Shown: positions 55,532 through 64,000 of the stretch, piece after piece
Layout of the letters: the number at the start of each line of letters is the position of its first letter
How positions within the stretch are numbered: position 1 is the stretch's first letter
Assembly (NCBI GenBank): GCA_002633005.1
Contig: NMRA01000197.1
Coordinates: 446,534-510,533 of the forward strand
Length of the DNA: 64,000 nt
Direction: 5' to 3'
From: Phoronis australis
Taxonomy: Eukaryota > Animalia > Phoronida
The notes under the pieces: model-generated
Database searches by the model: none
The model's input: only the letters and a program-made list of their open reading frames with translations
What the model was told of the DNA's origin: nothing
Translations under genes and position numbers: made by a program

Positions 55532-57799
55532 AAAATACAAACATACAGAATGGATGCAAAACAATCTGATTAAAACGCAAAACCGAATCATTTTTCAAAC
55601 GGACAGGTGTATGCATGTACATGTGCGTTCACGTTTTCCTAAATAGACGGAAGAACATTAATCAACATAAACTTTAAAGGTGTTCAACTGAAAACCTATT
55701 CTAAACAGTAGCTGCACTTGATGTCAAACGTCTAGCCTGGAAAAACAAACCCTTCTATGATTACGAGGAGAGGAATAATCTTTCATTGAAACAACGGAGA
55801 CATGAATCGACGACGATGCTTCAGTTGAGATTTAAATATTACATATTAGCATTTAACTGCCTGGAAAAAGCCACAGACAATAGCACAGACAAAAGACAAA
55901 CATTGATCTAACGTTAGACTACAATTGTTTCCAAACGTAAAATGTAATCCATAGTTCACTGCAGCTGCTTTCTCTACTCTACTAATAAATCAGTGCCACA
56001 GGTTGTGGTTTGCGGCCGTGTTAGCGCGCAGCAAAGTTCGGGAAGGAAAGTCAGCAAAAAGGAAACGTCAGTACTAGTCAAAAAATAAAACGGACAACTA
56101 ACAACTACATTAGGAACTTCACAAATAGAAGGCCAAGTCGCATGCGCAGTGGATAGCAGTAATCGCGTTCTTCTACAGCAGGGTTGGGTTGAATAAGTTT
56201 AATTGTTGCATGACGTCAGGTGCATTGTTCAACAATAACAACCTGGCGCGTGATAATGCGACGTCATTGTTGCTATGCAGCGTATACCTTTCATGCGACT
56301 GGGCCCAGAAGAAATTTACAGTGATACCCTCTGGTGGCTCTTTCCATATTGAATTAAAAATGGCAATTCCACCGGCACGTATGAGTATACTCAATAAAAT
56401 CACCACTCGCGCTGATACTTTTCGCCCCCTGTTGTCAAAACTCATTTCATTGTGAATGCAACATTTGTGACTTAAGATTTCACCGTCTTTCTCAAAGCTC
56501 TCTGAAACTGCAGACCGTTCCCTTCAAATTAAGGCGACCCCTCTCTTTTCGTGATTGTTTAAATTGTATGCATAAAACATTAAGTATTGAACTCGAAACA
56601 TATTCAAAAAGTATTATTTTAAATATCTAGTGAAATTAAGCATAATTATTCGACCGCCCAACTTGTCACATTGGCCTAAGGTACACAACAGAAAGTTTGT
56701 TTATTTTATAAAGGGAACAAAGGAGGCTGCTTAATACTGCTTTAACACCTTGAATATTTATGAAAGGCCAGAAGGGACCACGTCTGACCAGAAAGAACTT
56801 AAAACTAAAATTCACGAAGGCTTTTTATCAGTCGTCTTACAAGTAATTAGAGTTAATGTTCAAAATACTGTCCCGCGGTAATACTTTGGTCAATCACGTA
56901 CGCGTGACAGATCACCAAGGGTGAACTGACCGCGCTAACCACAATTTACGTCACTGGAATGTAGTCTTCTCACGCGCGGTAAAAAGCCAGGTTTGCCGTC
57001 TGGTTTTGGGTAAGACGTCTCATGTGCCTTCTGATCGCACAACATGTAAATACTGTGTTATTCCGAAACAAGCTACATCAATTAAGTTGAGAACTTCTTT
57101 AAGTTGTGATAGATTTTAAAGGTATTACACCAAAAATGAAATAAAAGAACAATATTTAAGAAATTTATGAGCTCGGTTAGCAAAATGTCTCGGATTCGAG
57201 CCTCAGGTGAGGCAGATATCTGTTCAGACTTAACCGTAAATAACGTGAGGTGACCAGCACATGACTTGTAAGAAGCTAAGTTGTCACAAGTGGGGCAAGT
57301 TGCACTGGTTTAAACAGCGTCCACCCAGCCTCCAAACCTAGCGACAACTCGTTCCAGGAGTAACTTGTTCTAGTACGTCTGCGTGTGGACGGCACTTAGT
57401 AATTCTTACTTATATAACGAGCTGATTTATAAGAGCACAGTTATATATTTAGAGAAATTATTTTAATTAATAAGCGAATGCAAAGATCAATATCTTGCGG
57501 AAAATTAAAACATTATTGTTACGAGCGTAAATTCGATCGTAGTCCGTGTTCTCTTTTATCAGTTTCATAAACCAATTACACGGAGTTCCTGAGAGCCTGT
57601 CCAAGACACAGCTATATTTTTCACTACGTTTACTAGCACCAGAGCAACATAGCAATGTATTCGTTTGGCATTCATTCAGCCCACTGGGATTCATATCTTC
57701 ACTCAGTCACTTTTCAGTCACTTCAGTAAAAGAATCATCGTTTAATTTTACAAATTTACATTTTCATAAAAAATCTATTTTCCAACATTGCAACATTTG

Positions 57800-58165
57800 G
57801 AATTTTCTGTGTTGAGTACATGGGAGACGTTTTGATACGAAGGTCTTTGCCGAGACAGAACGTACGCCTTCTAATAAAGCGCACCTCTACAGAAAAAACC
57901 TGACGGTCCAGAGCAAAGCCTCTAAGTTCCAATACCTCCCGAAACAATAGCCCCCCTCATATACACTTCAAACTGCAACACAGCTTCAAACATCGGGCAG
58001 TAGCAGACCTCACACGTCTGCTCTGCTAGCACAATTCTCGGGCTGTCTCAGACGAAACATCCGTCATACCTCTCCCATTATCAAAGAGACAGATTACGCC
58101 GCCTCGCTAGAGCCCCTATTCACTGCATGGTCGCCCCCCATACAAAAACTCACACAACCAAGGCT
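57800..58165 (+). mobile_element. Possible ancient Penelope-like (GIY-YIG) remnant
   Basis: C-rich strand bias; the degenerate IYT..C..ASNIGQ and LEPLF peptides resemble the GIY-YIG pattern. Confidence 0.25.
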
Positions 58166-61100
58166 CTAGATTGAGTAGCTACTGTGTGCACGATTCATCC
58201 TTATCATACTTCCTCCGTCAGTCATGTCATACTTCCTCCGTCAGTCATGTGATTGAATCACAGAACCGGCAAACTCTTCAATGTCGACGCTACGTCTCCA
58301 AACTTTCGATGTTCTTCGAAATTCTCTACCCGACTGTCAATCGTACTTGCCACCTATTTCTACCCCACCACCAGCAACCCGACCCGTAGATATCACAGTC
58401 TGTACTTAGGACCTCCATGGATCGCCCTACAGACCTGCAAATCTCCTGCTTCCTAAATCTACAGCACTCTTTTGGTACAATGGCTTACAGTCCATGTCGT
58501 GGCAGCAGTCTCTCTGGACTATTTTCAGAAAGCCCTCCTCTCCAGTTCCCTCGTATTGCAATTGGTGTTTATATGCACCTCATCCTTGTTATTTATAACA
58601 TGTGCGATTATGAGATCCTCGTTTTTGCGAGTGTAAATTGTAATTCGAACTGCATTATTAGGTCTGTAAAGACGCAACGAATTATTTCACTCGCTCGGTA
58701 AGAAATACTATTTTTAAATTCCAGTTAAAGGCTAACAAGGACTTCAACCTGCTTCTCTATTTCTCCCTACTTTACAGCGTTTTAGTTTCACAAAATATTC
58801 AGAAAATTAATAATTTGATATTAATTTTATCAGGATAAGGGGTCTAAATTAAAATTGCTTTTTGTGATGGAAGACGAGTTTATTGCAGTTTTAAAGGGGT
58901 ACAAAACCCAATTTTAGCATATTAGCGGACTAAAAACGACTTTCTCATCCAGTTCTCTGTAACAAAATAATCGGGTCCGTAACCCTCGACAACCCTGAAA
59001 AGTTTGGAGAAAAATTTGAAAAATCCTTTCAAAGTCTGCTGAACGGGCAAGCGTGACTTACACGGCAACTGTGGGAAAAAGACCACCCACCAAAGACCAT
59101 AATATACAATTTTGAGATAGACAGAATGAATTTGAAGTTGATTCCTGTCTTGAACTTGCAAGATTAACGTCAATGATGCATTAGCAGGTGACAGATCGAG
59201 GATTGGTTGAAATCAGCAAAACAGGTTTTGGTAATCCTTTTAAGTAATTAATAATTTCATCTTTGGTTTCCAATTTTCACTGCTTCACTCACTTTAGCCA
59301 CCGAGGCTACCGTCACAATAATGCATTTTTAATTCTAGGAGCATGGAAAGTTACAGATCGCTAGGGCGTGCATAAATCTGTCAAATACTCTTACGTGCAG
59401 TCAAGAGTAGGAATCAGCTAGCACGACAAAATAATGAGGGGTCTTTTGTTGCTCACTGAATATCGACGTCATCACTCTAAAGACAGATAGGGCCAATTAT
59501 TTAAAACAGCAGGCGATAACCACCGTAGATTGATTTCTCATCAGATAGCCGAAAGATAATATTGACATTGCCTTTATTCTGGCGCCAAGCTAGGAAGCGT
59601 CCCCGTTGAACAGGCAGGAAGCGTTTGTGTGAACAGACATGCGCACTTTTGTATCATAACATCGCGTGCAATCAATGAATGTAGAAAGATTACGATCTTA
59701 CTATCTAGGTGAATAGATTATACTCAGTACTACGCACGTTGTATTTCCAGTCAATAATTCGTAACAAGTGAGTTAATGGTGTCAAGAAGGAAAAAACCGA
59801 CTCGCGTGAAATTTGAAGTGCATTGTGACACAGTATTTCGCTCTTGATGTCAAAATCGAATACAAACGTCGTTTTTCATGCTCAGTGTCACGCACATTTT
59901 AATCTTACAACACATGCAAACTATCGATTACTTTGTGGATATTGATAAAGCTGTAGGGCAAGGTTTTGGTAAAGTAGAGATTTAATAAATACGATAAGCT
60001 CAGAGCGACCTGAGCTGTGTTTGCCTGCTGCACACAGGGAGCACTCAGTAGGACGATTTGCTCTGAGTAATCAAAACGCAATGTAAATAACATTTTTACG
60101 GACAGACGAAAACTGACGCATGCAGGAATCCAATGTAAAGACTTTGGGATACACACTCTTGTCGAGATTCTGGGACATTCACATCATGTCACCACCATTG
60201 CTGTAGTAGGGCGTAGGCGAACGTAGGCGCAGCCAACCTCCTTTTGGCATTTGAACGTAGCGCCTACGCACCTTAAGTTATACGTTCAATGCTCAAGGTG
60301 ATACGGTGGGCTTTGGGCGTCTACTTACCTCTAATTTTACCCCTACAGCAATAGTCGCCACCTGGTTACTAGAAATGTGCATTTTCTTCCGTCGTGAAAG
60401 AACTTACTAGTCTAAAACATATATAGACCGTTCGACTCATCACTCTTCTACAACATATATAGACCATTCGACTCATCAGTTTTCTACAATATATATATAC
60501 ACCATTCGACTTTTCACTCTTTCCAGAAAACGGTAAATGTGTTACTCATTTCTAATTATGACCTAGCGATTTGGAATGTAGAGCTAGTGCGCCATCTGCA
60601 AGAATCCCTTTGTTACAACAGAGCAAATTTAAGTAAAGACCACTTTTTCGTTTAATCTCCACCAACGAGTTTAACCACAGACGAATCTAGTTTAAACTTG
60701 TTACTTATACTCTTTCTTCAACTCGTAATAAAACGTTTTCAAAATAGCCAAAACTAAATATACAATTTTTGGTGGTGCACCAACATAATGGCTGCAACAG
60801 TTGAACAGTAATGAAGTTCTCTTTTCAAAAATGGCCAGACTTAAAAACACGAATACATGCAGGGATATAGTTGATGAAGAGTTTCAATCCTGTTTGATTT
60901 CTCTCAGTTAAATGAAACTTTTGTGTTCTAAACTAGTGATAAAAAAAGGAATAATATCTTCAACAGTTCGCTTTTTCAGCATTGCACAAAACGATAGGTG
61001 GAACAAATTTTTGAATAACAGCTGACAATAGCACACGATTATTGATTGAATTCTATTCTCGACTGGTGGAAGTTAAACGGGTGCTGGGTGAGATTAATTT

Positions 61101-64000
61101 TCCAGCGAGATCCTTTGATTTTAGATTATTTTCGCCGTGACTAAACCTTTGTGACTTGTTTTCATCGCTCGTTGCAAGTAATAAGATGGCACTATAATGA
61201 CGCAATTTATTTATACAGTTTAGTTTATTACACGCCAAATCTTTTATAAAATTCCCAAAACAATACAATTAAGGGTGTTATTTGTCAACTTGTGTATGCT
61301 AAAATATTTGTACAACATCAAACTTGCTTTGGTCCGTAAATAAGCACTATATTTAACAGAACTTTTCACGGAACCTGGAAGAATTTGGAACTTGCTTCTT
61401 ATAATGCCACAAATGACAACAGCAACGTGTAAAGTGTAACAGAGTAAATTCAAGAAATGACATTCCTAAAAAGATCCCCATAAACCTGAAATTGGTTTCA
61501 CTTTAATAAATAAGAAAATTCTGCCGAATATAATGGCAACTTTTTTACACAAGAACAAAAACAGGTGATCAAATTATCTTACTAGATTACTACTAGTAAC
61601 CATAACCTCGTCGGCTCGGTCTATGCCTGTGTTGGCCGTATTCCAATAATAATCCAATGCGCAGGTATCATAGATTTGGACTCCAATTCGTTGTTATGGC
61701 GATTTACCGGAAAATGCACTTAGTGCTGAGGACATGGCGTGTTTTTTAACATTCTATAATGTCTACGTTACTAAAACAGTTAATTCGTTTAATGCCAGCA
61801 GCTAATTTCAATTAAGCACCACTACATCCATAAAGTTTACTTCACGAATAATTCGTTTAATTGGCTTGAAGAGTCTGATCCTGTTCACTGAATCAGCACG
61901 ACGTTTGTGATTCCTTATAAACATTTGGTTAATCTATAACGTGCCTCTGCAGCATAACAATTAAGGTAATAAAGCTTCGTAACAACACTAATTGCCAACT
62001 AGAGAAAATGACTAAGCAAGACATTAACATCGATGTTTGGAAACACGGCATGTAGCTGTGGTTCCATGAAAAGATTGTGAGATAAAACAGACAGGGAAGA
62101 AATTACCAGGTATTTGTTGAAACGAAGAAGTCTTTAAAGGCAGCTCACAATTTCTGCTTCATAATGATGGAATAGTTTTCAGAAATGTGTTATTGATGGA
62201 CACTCAATTTCATAATCACGAATCTCCATAGGAAACTTTTAGAGTCACCGCAGACTGAGAGGTAAGGACTGAGCTGCCTGCGTAAAGTCAACGATAGTTG
62301 AACTAGCAGCTCACGTCAAGGCGATCAAGGCGAGGACAATTAAATGCAATAGCGGCTTCTTCATTCAAGTGTTCTCGCATTTTCACGCTTTGACGCGAGC
62401 TGTCTGCTCAGCAATCGGGAGAACTGCTCAGCTTGTACCGTTCTACCTGTGGTGTGCCCGGCCTTGTGTTTTCGTGGCGTTTCTCTTATTTCTCCGAGAC
62501 ACTGCATTGATAACATTTGCATAGAATACATGACGGCCCAAAGTTTTTAGGACGTGTCACGCCTTAAACAAAACAGTTCAAGATACCCAAGACCGTGGAA
62601 GAATATAATATATCAAGACAAACCTTACATTTCTTATAAACACAATACACGAGCTCGAGGCTTGCGTAGCGCGTGCGCAGTAACGTGGTAGAGAATTAGG
62701 TAAAGAAGATTTTTACATTGCGTTCTACTTTTACATTGCGCTCTATGAAGACCACAATAAAATTTATCTGAAAACATTATTGTCGCCAGTAGGTGAATAC
62801 TGCGGGGTTGTTTGGACATGGAATTTTTCATGTTATTCATGAACTTGGCTTATTTCGGTTTCTCTAGTTAGGCAGCCGATGCCGGGGTTGATTGGTGATT
62901 GTAATAATATGCGATTGTAGTGTCATTAAAATAATATAAAAAATTACTTTTCCTTTGCATCGAGGGCTGACTACCATTATAAATACTGACCTTGGGGTGA
63001 ATTTCGCGTGCAAACTAAGAACCAGATTGCTACCGACAGCACTGACATCTTACATTGTGCTCTAAAATTGGTCAGCGATAGTGTACACTCAGTCGTTAAC
63101 ACGCCACCAGAGGTTGTTTTACACTCGTTCCTCGTAGCCATGCTGATGAATACCGCTCATTCTATCTTTCTTAGTCGTAAAACATAAACGTCTACCAAAT
63201 TATAGCAAAGTATCTCATCTAATGCAATCTCGAACCTCTTTATCCACAAACGGAACTCCGGAAGTGAATTTGTCCAGGTGCCGCGTTCGCGGTTCGGAGT
63301 GAGCCGTTTTTGTTGGTCCAGCGTGAGCTGTGGTTTTTGTGTGCACAAATTTTGTTTTGTAAGTCCGGACACGCCTTTACTATTTTATCACAAAACGGTT
63401 CTTAAGCGAGTATCTTTCTGTACGTAGAAGTGTGCTTAATGAGCGCCTACTTTTGCATAATCAACCCGTACTTTTAGTTCTTAAATGATCACCGTTCTGC
63501 TATTATTCAACGCGTACTTTAAACGCGTAGTGTCAGTAGAGAACAACGGTACGCGCAAATACTTATTAACCCATCGCCGACAAGGAGCGTTGACGCAGAT
63601 ATCACTGACGTAAGCACGGCAGAGAGAGGCGGAAACTGACACTCAAAATGGATCGGTTGAAGCGTGTTTGGCTGAAACAAAATAATACCGTATAGACGTT
63701 TAAATGGATACGTGACCACTGCATAATTCTATCATTTCCAGTAACTTAAGCGCATTACGGAGACAAGTGTATTTGTGAATGATCTATCGGAATTTCTATC
63801 CAATGAAGGTTACGTTACACTTTCCCAAAACTCCATGTACAGATGGCTCTGAGACGGAGTGTAGTGGCTTCTCTTGCTTTATGTACGTTTGATGCTACCT
63901 AAGTCAAGAATGCCGGTGTGGGTACAGTTTTCCGTCATTTTAACTAGGTTCTAGTGGCAGCAAGGCTTGGAACAAAAATAGTCATTTTAGCTGTCTGCTA

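Noticed and set aside
48317-64000. Further GPCR exons or another gene among the short ORFs
   Set aside because: No ORF or splice-bounded segment with recognisable homology was found by eye; small exons could have been missed

Overview
This is eukaryotic, intron-rich and AT-rich DNA, probably from a marine invertebrate (inferred; the species cannot be identified from the sequence). Two convergent spliced genes fill the window. (1) On +, the 3' 18 coding exons of the FACT complex large subunit SPT16/SUPT16H span 1643..20039 (~714 codons; the 5' exons lie before the window). (2) On -, the 3' 12 coding exons of a GPR158/GPR179-like class C GPCR run from 48316 down to 23121 (~559 codons). Its 5' exons were not found and probably lie beyond 64000. 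Every exon was assembled by hand and all splice phases are consistent. The introns are packed with non-autonomous DNA transposons (Tc1/mariner, piggyBac, Harbinger, Kolobok, hAT-like with 5-bp TSD, Academ-like with 9-bp TSD, Helentron-like), minisatellites and a 968-bp palindrome. The most notable observations: a Helentron-like element carrying ~11 co-oriented CTCF-consensus motifs at ~145-160 bp spacing; repeated tandem duplication of SPT16 splice sites, two of which create in-frame alternative donors; an inverted transposon pair bracketing 16 SPT16 exons; and nested 9-bp-TSD elements. No prokaryotic systems, CRISPR arrays or rRNA are supported.
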